DNA of 64,000 nucleotides, taken from an uncultured Gemmatimonadaceae bacterium (GTDB lineage Bacteria; Gemmatimonadota; Gemmatimonadetes; Gemmatimonadales; GWC2-71-9). The translations under genes were made by a program, and so were the position numbers. Below the pieces are notes generated by a model. It made no database searches. It was given only the letters and a program-made list of their open reading frames with translations, and was not told where the DNA came from. The stretch lies in the NCBI GenBank assembly GCA_964596925.1, contig CAZQWQ010000046.1, forward strand, positions 11,037-75,036, given 5' to 3'. Positions within the stretch are counted from its first letter, which is position 1; each line of letters opens with the position of its first letter. This document shows, one piece after another, positions 1 to 8,893 of this stretch.

Positions 1-151
1 AATCAGGCCCGACCCGGCGATAACCGGCCGCCAGCGCGGCGCTCGGCTCCTGGTACCGCGCGGTCGCGGCACGCGCCGCTGCCACGAAGTCCGCGACGGA
101 GTCGGGGGCCTGTGCCGTAGCCAACAGCGCGCTCAACGCACACGCGATCAC
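1..151 (-). CDS. Secreted hypothetical protein, N-terminal part only (runs off the window start)
   Basis: GTG at 151 overlaps the stop of 148..555 (GTGA). Reads VIACALSALLATAQAPDSVADFVAAARAATARYQEPSAALAAGYRRVGPD: signal-like N-terminus, open to the window edge. Not in the ORF track. Confidence 0.6.
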   Translation of the reverse strand, partial: MIACALSALLATAQAPDSVADFVAAARAATARYQEPSAALAAGYRRVGPD

Positions 152-555
152 GGCGCAACCACCACCAGCGCACGCTGCCCGTAGGCTTCCAGCAGCGCTT
201 GCAGCTTGTCCGCGGAGAGTCCCTGGGGGAAACGACTCACGAGCTGCAACCGTTCACGACCGTCCTGCATGCGAACGAACGCCCCGCGCCGGATCTGCGC
301 TTCGCTCACGTTGGGGAACGTTCCCTCCCGGATGACCGCGACCGGAACGAAGTACAGGCTGTCACCACGGCGGATGATCAACGCCGTATCCTGGACGACG
401 AGGACTTCCCCACTGAGTGGCCGGTGGCTGCGGGTGACGAGCCGCGCGGCGACGCCTTCGGGACGTTGCGCCGGCGGGAATGATTGAGCGCGCGGCCCCA
501 CGTAGCAGCTGGTGAGACCGAGCCAGGCGACGAGAACGATCGAAACGGCACGCAT
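148..555 (-). CDS. Hypothetical lipoprotein (135 aa)
   Basis: Signal peptide with lipobox LTSC; 4 nt after the stop of the upstream gene, so same operon. Confidence 0.7.
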   Translation of the reverse strand: MRAVSIVLVAWLGLTSCYVGPRAQSFPPAQRPEGVAARLVTRSHRPLSGEVLVVQDTALIIRRGDSLYFVPVAVIREGTFPNVSEAQIRRGAFVRMQDGRERLQLVSRFPQGLSADKLQALLEAYGQRALVVVAP

Positions 556-559
556 GGGC

Positions 560-2122
560 TCACCTCATCGGAATGCGGGTGGAGGCAAAGCGGCGCTCGA
601 AGCTGTCCTGGGCGACGCGCCAGCGGCGCAACGCGGTGAACAAAGCGGCATCCGAGGGCTCGAAGGCGCCGGTATCACGACCCGCCGCGATCCAGCCGGG
701 ACGAATCCACTCGATGTAGTAGCCCTGGGACTCGAGGAAGAAGGTGCGCGCCTCGCCCCGTGCGACAGCGCCCGCCTCGAACACGGCGATGTACCGCTGC
801 CCGGGCGACGTTTGCAGATACCGATGGTCGGCGTCCCGCACGCTCTCGAGGGCGGCGGTGTCCGCCGTGCCCGCCGCATCCAACAGGCGCGCGACCGGGA
901 TCGACCGTGCGTCGGGGCGACGGATGGCGGCCGCGAGGGCTACCCGATCAATCCGCCAGTTGTCGGCGACGAACGACAACCGCACGCGGAGGCTGTCTCC
1001 GGGAGGGACGGGGATGACCGCGGCCACATCGCGCCAGGCGATTGGCCCCGCGTCGCGCAGGCGCGTCACGGTGCGCCACACGGCGCCGTCTTGCACGTCG
1101 ACCCGCAGCCCCATCCGCCCGGCATACCAGGCACCGAGCTGCACCGCGGGGCCAATGCGATCGAGGTCGACGCCGATCCAGTCGAGCGCCCGGGCTCCTC
1201 GCTCGGCGAGCATGCCGTCGTACAACAGCACGGTATTGAGCAGGCTATTGCGGAGGCGCAGCGTCAGCGCCGCGCTGTCCACGCCCATGGGTCGAGCAAA
1301 CGTCAGATCGATATGGTCCTCGAGATCGTCGGCACGGATTCCCGCGAGCGTGTGGGGGTCGCTGCGGAACGCGGCGTCGTCGGCTTCGCTCAGGATCCGA
1401 CGCACGTCCCGTCCGCTCCGGTCCGTTGCCGAGACCGGGGTCGCCAACGCGCGCACCACCACCGGCTGGCCGGCCGCATCGGGGAGCGCCAGCTCGTCCG
1501 GCGCATGCCGGATCTCGAGCAGGCCGAGGTGGTTCGCGTAGTGCGTCTCGGCGGCTTCATTGCGGATCTCGAGCCGCACATGGCCGTCGGTCCCGGTCGT
1601 GAGACGCAGACGATCCACGTCGCGGGCCTCGAACAGCGGCGCGATGCTGTAGGAATACGTTTCGGCCTGGAGGATACGGGTGCCAGCGCTATCGGCGTAT
1701 ACCGTCGGGCACGAGCCGAAAATCGCGACGGCGAGCAGCGCGGTCCCGAATGCTACGACGCCGGTCGCGAGGGTCGAGACAACGATGGTCTCGCCCGCCC
1801 GCACGTAGTCGCGGAACGATTCCATCCCCACTACGCTATCCAGCGGAACGCTCTGGACCGCCGTGGTATCGCTCAGCACCAGGTTGTATCGCGCGCCGGC
1901 GCCCCGGACCGCGCCGCTCACGATCGTCACACCTCTTCGAAACACGACGGTGGAACCATCGAGCAGGTGGGCCTTGACGGGGGAACGCACGGTGACAGAG
2001 TCGGTCGACCAGCGGATCGGCTCGACGTTGACGCCGTGAAAGATCACGCAGGCGTCGAGCGAGATCGCGCCCCCGAACAAGAGGAGCGCTCGGAGCAGTA
2101 GGAAGCGGTGGGCACGGTGCAT
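560..2122 (-). CDS. Hypothetical lipoprotein/membrane protein (520 aa) carrying a GSCP-start domain shared with the C-terminus of 45371..48892
   Basis: ATG 2122 with RBS CAGGAGGG; lipobox LDAC; internal hydrophobic segment followed by FGSCPTVY. Confidence 0.7.
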   Translation of the reverse strand: MHRAHRFLLLRALLLFGGAISLDACVIFHGVNVEPIRWSTDSVTVRSPVKAHLLDGSTVVFRRGVTIVSGAVRGAGARYNLVLSDTTAVQSVPLDSVVGMESFRDYVRAGETIVVSTLATGVVAFGTALLAVAIFGSCPTVYADSAGTRILQAETYSYSIAPLFEARDVDRLRLTTGTDGHVRLEIRNEAAETHYANHLGLLEIRHAPDELALPDAAGQPVVVRALATPVSATDRSGRDVRRILSEADDAAFRSDPHTLAGIRADDLEDHIDLTFARPMGVDSAALTLRLRNSLLNTVLLYDGMLAERGARALDWIGVDLDRIGPAVQLGAWYAGRMGLRVDVQDGAVWRTVTRLRDAGPIAWRDVAAVIPVPPGDSLRVRLSFVADNWRIDRVALAAAIRRPDARSIPVARLLDAAGTADTAALESVRDADHRYLQTSPGQRYIAVFEAGAVARGEARTFFLESQGYYIEWIRPGWIAAGRDTGAFEPSDAALFTALRRWRVAQDSFERRFASTRIPMR

Positions 2123-2176
2123 CAGGCCCTCCTGGCAGGCGGTCTCGGACAATACCGCAGCCCGGTCAAGCACCTG

Positions 2177-2575
2177 TCAAGCAGCCGGCCGCACCTCGCT
2201 CATCAGGGCGAGAATATTCTCTTCGGAGTCGCGGAAATCGGCCAACCACAGGTCATGATCCGGCAGCTTCGCGACGAGGTGGGGGGCGGTGACGAATGTC
2301 ACGCCCCGTTGCCGCAACGTTTCGTGCGCCGCGCGAATGTCGGCCACCCGGTAGTAGATGATCGACGCCGGATGGTTGAGTTCGGGCCGCTCGGGCACCC
2401 CGATCAGCAATCGCACCCCGCCGCAATCGAAGAACGCCATCTGGGGCGGCGCCTGAAACAGGAACCGCATCCCGAGGGTGTCCCGATAAAACCGGATCGC
2501 CCGTTCCAGATCCTGGACGGTGACCGCGATCTGGCCGATCCGCTCGAGTCCGAAATCACCGGGTGTCGCGCTCAT
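2177..2575 (-). CDS. VOC (glyoxalase/bleomycin resistance) family protein
   Basis: IGQIAVTVQDLERAIRFYRDTLG and LADFRDSEENILAL motifs; 132 aa. Confidence 0.85.
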   Translation of the reverse strand: MSATPGDFGLERIGQIAVTVQDLERAIRFYRDTLGMRFLFQAPPQMAFFDCGGVRLLIGVPERPELNHPASIIYYRVADIRAAHETLRQRGVTFVTAPHLVAKLPDHDLWLADFRDSEENILALMSEVRPAA

Positions 2576-2602
2576 GAGCCCCTCTCTTGCATTTAGTTAG
2601 CT

Positions 2603-3082
2603 ATGCTAACTAAATTACCCACCGTGACCGCCTCCGCAACCCCCCCGCCCGACTCCCTCGGGCCGGTGGCCGACCGCCTCCACTCGGCCGCCATCCACCT
2701 GCTCCGCGCCCTGCGCCAAGAGGATGCGCGGCTGGGGATCGGCCCGGCCAAACTCTCCGCCCTCTCGGTGCTGGTATTCGGAGGAGCGCGCTCGATCAGC
2801 GCGTTGGCAGCGGCGGAGCAGGTCCGCGTCCCGACGATGAGCCGGCTGGTGGCGGCCCTGGAACGGGACGGCCTCGCCACGCGCTCGCCGGACCCGGCCG
2901 ATGGCCGCGCGTCGCGGGTACGGGCCACCGCGTCGGGCCGGCGCGCGTTGCGGCACGGCCGCGCGCGCCGCGTGGCCGAGCTGGCCCGTCGCCTGGCCGT
3001 TTTGCCGCCCGCGGAGCTGGAGGTATTGCGGCGCGCCGGCGACCTGATCGAGCGAGTCGCCGCGGCGGGACCGGCTACTTGA
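2603..3082 (+). CDS. MarR family transcriptional regulator
   Basis: Winged HTH pattern SISALAAAEQVRVPTMSRLVAALERDGLATRSPDPADGR; divergent from the VOC gene. Confidence 0.9.
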   Translation: MLTKLPTVTASATPPPDSLGPVADRLHSAAIHLLRALRQEDARLGIGPAKLSALSVLVFGGARSISALAAAEQVRVPTMSRLVAALERDGLATRSPDPADGRASRVRATASGRRALRHGRARRVAELARRLAVLPPAELEVLRRAGDLIERVAAAGPAT

Positions 3083-4703
3083 GGATGTAGCTCTTCCGAA
3101 GCGTCAGGGCCCAGGGGCTGCCGGTGAAGCCGTCCCCGAACCGCCAGGAGATATCGAACTCGGCGACGTCGCCGCGTACCGAGCGTGGAGACCCGAGCCG
3201 CAGCGCCAACCCCACGTCGCCACCCAGGCGCGGAGCTTCCTGCCCTGCATACCAGGCGCCCCCGTACTCGAAGTACGGCGCCACGCCGACCCCCACCAGC
3301 CCCCACAGGCCATCGCTCACCTGCACGCGGTCTTCGACCATCGCGTACACCAGGCGCGTGCCGGTGAAGGCGTGCGCCCCGAATCCGCGGGGCCCATTCT
3401 GCGTCGACCAAGGATCGAACGCCGTTCCCGGCCGGGGGGCGCGCAACGCCCCCGCTTCGAGATGCACGAGCCACGTCTGGCGCGCGAGCCGCGTACTGGC
3501 GACATCAAACGTCGCGCGCAGCTGCCCCGAGTCGAGCCCAGCCGATCCGACGACGCCGTTCGCCTTGACCCGCAGCAACGCGAGCCCCGACGGCCACAAC
3601 GCGGCGATCTGGCCCCGAAGCGTCGGCCCGAGCCCCGCGCGGCCGGCCGGATAGCCCCAGGCGCGCGGCGCGGCCCACACACCGAGGCGCAGGGCGGACG
3701 AGAGGTCCACGTCCTCGCGCCGGCCGAAGCCGTTCAGGTGCTCGAACACGCCGTATCGGACGCGTGCCGCCTCGATCCCGACGCCCACCGATCCGAACGC
3801 CGAGTAGGGAATGGAAGTCGAGCCGACCGGGGTGAAGTCCTCGCGCCGCCAGGCTGCGCCAAGCCACAGTCGGACGTAGCTCCGCGGCGAGGCGCGCAAC
3901 GCCACGCCACTCAGCAGGTCGAAGCGCAGGGTGTGTCGCTCCGAGCTGTCGGCCAGCGCGCCCCCCCGGAAGTCCAGGACGCGCTGGTGTCCCGCCTCCC
4001 CGGTGGTTGCGAGCGACCAGCGGGCATCGGCTCGATGGAATGGGCGGCCGTAGCTCCACGCGCCCAACCGGCCATCGGAGAGATCGCTGTAGGCGACGAG
4101 CAGCGGGGCATGACGCAGCAGCAGGCCCGGGCTCGCGAACTGCAGGTCGAGGGCGCTGCGGTCGGGGTTACGCCCGTAGGAGACGCTGACGTGCGTTGCG
4201 GTGCCGAGAAAGTTCCGTTCCACCAACGCGACGTTCCAGGTCGTGGACCCCGCGGCGCTCGAGAAGTTGAGCTGCGGCGAGGTGCTCCACCCGTCGGCCG
4301 TTTCGACGCGCAGCGCCAGGCGATTTCCGACCCGCAGCGTGTCGAGGCGCACCGAGCGAAACACCCCGAGCTCGCGCAGCGCCCGCTCGCTTTCGACACG
4401 CCGGGCGGAATCGAACGGCACGCCCGGGCTCACGAGGAGCAGACGTCGGATCACGGCTGGGTTCGTGGTGATGTGCAGCGCATTCCCGAGTCGGACCAGG
4501 AATCGCGGCGCACCTCCGGGAGGCTCGAACACATTGCGCGAGACGACGACCACGGTGTCGATCGTCAGGTCGGCCGGCGCGCTCAGCGCTGACCCTGGCG
4601 GTCTCGCTTGGGCTCCCAGCCCCGGCGGCGCACCGGCCAACTGCACCCACACCCCCAGACCAATCGCGAGTCCAGCGACGCGCGATCGGGGGGGGGCCGT
4701 CAC
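3075..4703 (-). CDS. POTRA/Omp85 (BamA/TamA-like) outer membrane beta-barrel protein (542 aa)
   Basis: GTG 4703 overlaps the upstream stop (GTGA); signal peptide; POTRA-like ESERALRELGVFRSV; ERNFLGT barrel entry; amphipathic strands. The ORF-track extension to 5201 is not considered real. Confidence 0.7.
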   Translation of the reverse strand: MTAPPRSRVAGLAIGLGVWVQLAGAPPGLGAQARPPGSALSAPADLTIDTVVVVSRNVFEPPGGAPRFLVRLGNALHITTNPAVIRRLLLVSPGVPFDSARRVESERALRELGVFRSVRLDTLRVGNRLALRVETADGWSTSPQLNFSSAAGSTTWNVALVERNFLGTATHVSVSYGRNPDRSALDLQFASPGLLLRHAPLLVAYSDLSDGRLGAWSYGRPFHRADARWSLATTGEAGHQRVLDFRGGALADSSERHTLRFDLLSGVALRASPRSYVRLWLGAAWRREDFTPVGSTSIPYSAFGSVGVGIEAARVRYGVFEHLNGFGRREDVDLSSALRLGVWAAPRAWGYPAGRAGLGPTLRGQIAALWPSGLALLRVKANGVVGSAGLDSGQLRATFDVASTRLARQTWLVHLEAGALRAPRPGTAFDPWSTQNGPRGFGAHAFTGTRLVYAMVEDRVQVSDGLWGLVGVGVAPYFEYGGAWYAGQEAPRLGGDVGLALRLGSPRSVRGDVAEFDISWRFGDGFTGSPWALTLRKSYILK

Positions 4704-5215
4704 CGCATCCCGTCGATCCGCTGTCGCAGCCGATAGGTGACGTGCTTGGTCGTGTCGTCCCATGCCGTAAAGAATAGCGTGGCGTCGAGGCGGCCGATGA
4801 TCTGGGCGATGCCGCGCGAGGAGATGGTGAACGTCCCCCGCACCGAATCGGGCCGGAGCGGCCGGCAGAGGCAGGCGACGGTGGCGTAGGCAGGAATCCG
4901 CGCCGGCGGGGGCCCTAACGCATACGGCGTCGCGCGGCGCAACTGGCGCACGTCGCCCAGATCGAACGCCACTGTGAGCGCGTACTCGTCTCCCGCCGAC
5001 GGCAGCGCGGGATTGAATTCGAACCGGGTGGCGAGCACGTCGTGGCCGCCGCGCGCCGAGTCCAACGGCTCGACGCGCATACGCACGAGGGTCAGGGTGG
5101 GATCGGTTTCCACCACCAGCCGGCCGTGGTGGAGCCATTGGGCTTGTTGTTGTTCGCCTTCGGTGTCGCCCTTTTGGGGGAGGAGTTCGCACCCAACACA
5201 AGACAGCGTAAGCAA
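4700..5215 (-). CDS. Hypothetical lipoprotein (start uncertain)
   Basis: LLTLSCVGC lipobox-like N-terminus; TTG 5215 chosen tentatively because the start region overlaps the repeat at 5204-5258. Confidence 0.55.
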   Translation of the reverse strand: MLTLSCVGCELLPQKGDTEGEQQQAQWLHHGRLVVETDPTLTLVRMRVEPLDSARGGHDVLATRFEFNPALPSAGDEYALTVAFDLGDVRQLRRATPYALGPPPARIPAYATVACLCRPLRPDSVRGTFTISSRGIAQIIGRLDATLFFTAWDDTTKHVTYRLRQRIDGMR

Positions 5216-5258
5216 AAGGCGTAAGGGGGAAAAACGTATGGAGTAGGCGTAAAAAGGA
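5204..5258 (+). repeat. Left arm of an imperfect inverted repeat (4 CGTA-core units, 13-15 bp period)
   Basis: CGTA at 5207, 5220, 5235, 5248 in purine-rich context (e.g. AGGCGTAAGG). Confidence 0.75.
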
Positions 5259-5294
5259 TACCGAGTCCAGAGGCGCGAAGCTCTAGACTGTCGC

Positions 5295-5663
5295 ATGGCC
5301 ATCCATGCACATGTGGGCCGACTGCTCGTCCATCAGCTGGCCTCAGAGGTTGCTGCCGAATCCATCAAACTGGCTGATCGGATCAATGGTCCCGGAGCCG
5401 CGAAGCGGGCGGATCAACTCGTCCGCGCGGCCATCTCGATTCCGTCCAACATAGCGGAAGCGTGCGGCCGCGGTACCCTGGCGGAGTTTCGTCGGTTTCT
5501 CGTGTATGCGCGGGGATCAGCGCAGGAACTGCGGACGCATCTGGAAATCGTGAGACGCGTGGATCCGGAGCAACAAGCTCAAGCCAGACGTCTGGAAAGC
5601 CGTGTCGCACTGGTGATCAAAATGCTCGGTCGACTCTATGAGAACCCGCCGAAGAATTCCTGA
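5295..5663 (+). CDS. Four helix bundle protein (23S rRNA intervening-sequence protein / Avd-like family)
   Basis: DQLVRAAISIPSNIAEACGR and FRRFLVYARGSAQELRTHL family signature; 122 aa. Confidence 0.9.
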   Translation: MAIHAHVGRLLVHQLASEVAAESIKLADRINGPGAAKRADQLVRAAISIPSNIAEACGRGTLAEFRRFLVYARGSAQELRTHLEIVRRVDPEQQAQARRLESRVALVIKMLGRLYENPPKNS

Positions 5664-5671
5664 CCGCGTCG

Positions 5672-5729
5672 CCTTTTCCTACGTCTTTTCTTTACGCCTT
5701 CCTCCCTTACGCTTTCTTCCTTACGCCTA
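5672..5729 (-). repeat. Right arm of the imperfect inverted repeat (4 TACG-core units)
   Basis: TACG at 5680, 5693, 5708, 5722 in pyrimidine-rich context (CCTTACGCCT); reverse complement resembles 5204-5258. Confidence 0.75.
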
Positions 5730-7070
5730 GTACAACCCGAGATATCTCTCCAACTCCCACTCACTAACTTGTCCGATATACTCCTGCCACTCCTCCCGTT
5801 TCGCCTCCACGAATCGCGCGTAGATATGCTCGCCCAGCGCCGCACGGACGACGTCATCTTTCTCGAGGCATTCGAGCGCCTCATGCAGGTCCCGCGGCAG
5901 CTCGTCGATGCGGTATTTGCGACGCTCGCGAAAGCTCATCTCGAAAATGTTCTTGTTGACCGGATCGGGCGGTACGAGCTTGCGCTCGAGGCCGTCGAGT
6001 CCGGCGGCCAGCTGCACGGCGAGCGCCAGATACGGGTTCGCCGAGGGATCCGGCATGCGCAGCTCGCACCGCGTCCCGGTGCCGCGCTTGTCGGGAATCC
6101 GCACCAACGGCGAGCGATTGCGCATCGACCACGCCACGTTGACCGGCGCCTCGTACCCCGGCACCAGTCGTTTGTAACTATTGACGAGAGGGTTCGTGAC
6201 GGGGCAAAAACCCCTCGCGTGGTCGAGTAACCCCGCGATGTAGCCCAGCGCGGCGTCCGAGAGCTCCCACCGCCCCTTGGGATCGTGGAAAGCGTTCTTC
6301 CCCTTGGCGAACAACGACTGGTGCGTGTGCATCCCGGAACCGTTCTGTCCGAAGATCGGCTTCGGCATGAACGTGGCGAGAAAGCCGTGGCGATACGCTA
6401 CATCCCGCACGATGAACCGGAACGTCGCGAGGTTGTCGGCCGTCTCCAGCGCCTCGGCGTACTTGAAGTCGATTTCGTGCTGGCCCGGTGCGACCTCGTG
6501 GTGCCCCGCCTCGACCTCGAAGCCCATCGCCACCAGGTCGCGAATGATGAGCCGCCGAATCTCCTCGGCGCGATCCACCGGCGTAAGATCGAAATAGCCG
6601 CCCTGGTCGTGCGTTTCGGTGGTCGGCGCGCCCTTGGCATCGAGCTGGAAAATGAAGAACTCGGCCTCGACGCCGGCCATCATCTCGAAGCCCAGTCGTG
6701 CGGCACGGGCAATCTGGCGTTTCAGCGCCTGGCGCGTACATCCGGCGAACGAGGTGCCGTCGGGGTTGTAGATGTCGCAGATGACCCGGGCCACTTTGCC
6801 GCCCTCATCTTCGTAGGGCAGCATGCGAAACGTGTCCAGGTCGGGCTTCAACACCATGTCCGATTCCTCGATCCGCACAAACCCTTCGATCGAGCTGCCG
6901 TCGAACATGACGTCCCCATCCAGCGCCTTCTCAAACTGGCTTTCGGGAACCTCGATGTTCTTGTTGACGCCGAGGATGTCGGTGAACTGTAGGCGCAGGA
7001 AAGCGACGCCCCGCTCTGTTGCGAGGGCGAGAATGTCCCGCTTGGTGGCGCCGGTGGTTCGTTGGGTCAT
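5727..7070 (-). CDS. glnA: Glutamine synthetase type I, GSI-alpha-like (447 aa)
   Basis: EAEFF, HHEVAPGQHEIDF, FMPKP-GQNGSGMH, YKRLVPGYEAP, ELRMPDP motifs; short form lacking the GSI-beta insertion; NIFEM at the adenylylation-loop position. Confidence 0.92.
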   Translation of the reverse strand: MTQRTTGATKRDILALATERGVAFLRLQFTDILGVNKNIEVPESQFEKALDGDVMFDGSSIEGFVRIEESDMVLKPDLDTFRMLPYEDEGGKVARVICDIYNPDGTSFAGCTRQALKRQIARAARLGFEMMAGVEAEFFIFQLDAKGAPTTETHDQGGYFDLTPVDRAEEIRRLIIRDLVAMGFEVEAGHHEVAPGQHEIDFKYAEALETADNLATFRFIVRDVAYRHGFLATFMPKPIFGQNGSGMHTHQSLFAKGKNAFHDPKGRWELSDAALGYIAGLLDHARGFCPVTNPLVNSYKRLVPGYEAPVNVAWSMRNRSPLVRIPDKRGTGTRCELRMPDPSANPYLALAVQLAAGLDGLERKLVPPDPVNKNIFEMSFRERRKYRIDELPRDLHEALECLEKDDVVRAALGEHIYARFVEAKREEWQEYIGQVSEWELERYLGLY

Positions 7071-7166
7071 GAGGAGACTCGGTGGAAGGGGCGAAAGGAA
7101 CGCGAGCGGGGACGGGCGGAGCGCAGGGTGCCCCCTGTCATCTCCGACCGTCCCCTCCGTCGCCGT

Positions 7167-8633
7167 TCAGCAGTCGTAGTACAAGAAGAACTCGTACGGA
7201 TGCGGCCGCAGGGCCACGGGGTCGATCTCCTTGGCCCGCTTATAGGCGAGCCAGGTATCGATCAGATCCTGCGTGAACACTCCGCCCTCGAGCAGGAAGG
7301 CGTGATCCGCTTCCAGCGCCGCCAGGGATTCAGCGAGACTCCCTGGCGTGTTCTTGATGTGTTTGCGCTCGGCCGGCTCGAGCTCGTACAGATCCACGTC
7401 CATCGGCTTGGGCGGCTCGATCTTGTTGCGCACGCCGTCGAGACCGGCCAGGAGCAGCGCAGCGAAGGTGAGGTACGGATTGCACGCCGGGTCCGGCGCA
7501 CGGAACTCGACCCGTTTGGTCTTCGGCGATTTCGAGTACATCGGGATGCGGCAGATCGCCGAGCGATTGCGCTGCGAATAGATGAGGTTGATCGGCGCCT
7601 CGTAGCCGGGCACCAGCCGCCGATAGCTGTTGGTGGTCGGCGCCCCGAACGCCAACACCGCCGCGGCGTGTTTGATCAATCCACCGATGTACCAGCGCGC
7701 CGACTCCGACAACAGGGCGTACCCCTTGGCATCAAAAAACAGGGGCGTCTTGTCGTTCCAGAGGCTCATGTGCACGTGCATGCCAGAGCCATTGTCCCCA
7801 TACATCGGTTTCGGCATGAAGGTCGCGGTGTAGCCATTCTGCGCGCAGACGTTCTTGACGATGTATTTGTACATCATCACCTGGTCGGCCATACGGGTCA
7901 GCGTGGTGAACCGCATGTCGATCTCGGTCTGACCGGCGGTGCCGACCTCGTGGTGGTGCACTTCGACATCGACGCCGGCCGCGATCAGTGCCAGCATGAT
8001 CTTGGAGCGCAAATCCTGCAGTTTGTCCACCGGCGGCACCGGGAAGTATCCCTCCTTGTGCCGCGGACGGTGGCCGAGGTTCGGACCGCCGTCGGCCCCG
8101 GAGTTCCAGATCCCTTCCTCGGAATCGATGTGGTAGTAGCCCTCATGCGCGTTCTGGTCGAACCGCACCGAGTTGAAGATGTAGAACTCCGCCTCGGGTC
8201 CGAAGTACGCCGTGGTGGCGATGCCGCTCTTCACGAGATAGTTCTCGGCCTTCTGCGCCACGAAGCGCGGATCGCGCGAGTAGCGTTGACCCGTCATGGG
8301 ATCGACGATGTCGCAGGTGAGCGACAACGTCGGCACCTGCAGGCACGGATCGACGAACGCGCTCGCCGGATCGGGCAGCAGCAGCATGTCGCTCTCGTTG
8401 ATCGCCTGGAATCCCCGGATCGATGAACCGTCGAATCCGAGGCCATCGGCGAACACGTCCTCGTTGAGCTCCCGGAGCGGCAGCGAGAAATGCTGCCACG
8501 TGCCCGGAAGATCACAGAACTTCACGTCCACGATCTGCACCCCTGCTTCCCGGGCGCGGCGGATCACCTCTGCGGGGGTGGCCTTGGTGCCACCCTTCGC
8601 ATCGGCCTTGCTCGGCTCCAACGTCGCGGTCAT
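7167..8633 (-). CDS. glnA: Glutamine synthetase type I, GSI-beta (488 aa)
   Basis: FDGSSIRGF, HHEVGTAGQTEID, GDNGSGMH, RVEFRAPDP, adenylylation motif DLYEL, C-terminal RPHPYEFFLYY. Confidence 0.95.
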   Translation of the reverse strand: MTATLEPSKADAKGGTKATPAEVIRRAREAGVQIVDVKFCDLPGTWQHFSLPLRELNEDVFADGLGFDGSSIRGFQAINESDMLLLPDPASAFVDPCLQVPTLSLTCDIVDPMTGQRYSRDPRFVAQKAENYLVKSGIATTAYFGPEAEFYIFNSVRFDQNAHEGYYHIDSEEGIWNSGADGGPNLGHRPRHKEGYFPVPPVDKLQDLRSKIMLALIAAGVDVEVHHHEVGTAGQTEIDMRFTTLTRMADQVMMYKYIVKNVCAQNGYTATFMPKPMYGDNGSGMHVHMSLWNDKTPLFFDAKGYALLSESARWYIGGLIKHAAAVLAFGAPTTNSYRRLVPGYEAPINLIYSQRNRSAICRIPMYSKSPKTKRVEFRAPDPACNPYLTFAALLLAGLDGVRNKIEPPKPMDVDLYELEPAERKHIKNTPGSLAESLAALEADHAFLLEGGVFTQDLIDTWLAYKRAKEIDPVALRPHPYEFFLYYDC

Positions 8634-8779
8634 GTGGTCGGTCCCCTCTCGATGGGTCGGCGTCTTGGCATGGCGGAAAACGATGAGAGCCCGGCGTGGG
8701 GCTCGACGCGCCGGGCTCTCATTCCTGGACTGCTTCGTTCAGGCATGGAGGAAAGTATCCGGCGCTTGCCAGGCCGTCA

Positions 8780-8796
8780 AGCAATTCCTGCGCCAG
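8780..8796 (-). promoter_or_regulatory. Sigma54 (-24/-12) promoter for the glnA pair
   Basis: Minus strand CTGGCGCAGGAATTGCT = TGGC-N7-TTGC with exact spacing, about 150 bp upstream of the glnA start. Confidence 0.8.
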
Positions 8797-8808
8797 ATGC
8801 ACTGAAAT

Positions 8809-8880
8809 GACAGTCTGAAGCAGATTGTCCATCCAATAGCGACAGGTTGCCGTAGAAATTGTGCAACATTCGCACACTTT
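8809..8880. promoter_or_regulatory. Two palindromes upstream of the sigma54 promoter (candidate activator/repressor sites)
   Basis: GACAGTCTG-AAG-CAGATTGTC (8809-8829) and AAATTGTGC-N7-GCACACTTT (8856-8880), each with 8 of 9 arm positions matching. Confidence 0.45.
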
Positions 8881-8893
8881 GCGCGACACGACG

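Noticed and set aside
5295-5663. Diversity-generating retroelement (Avd-like protein)
   Set aside because: No reverse transcriptase and no template/variable repeat pair in the window.
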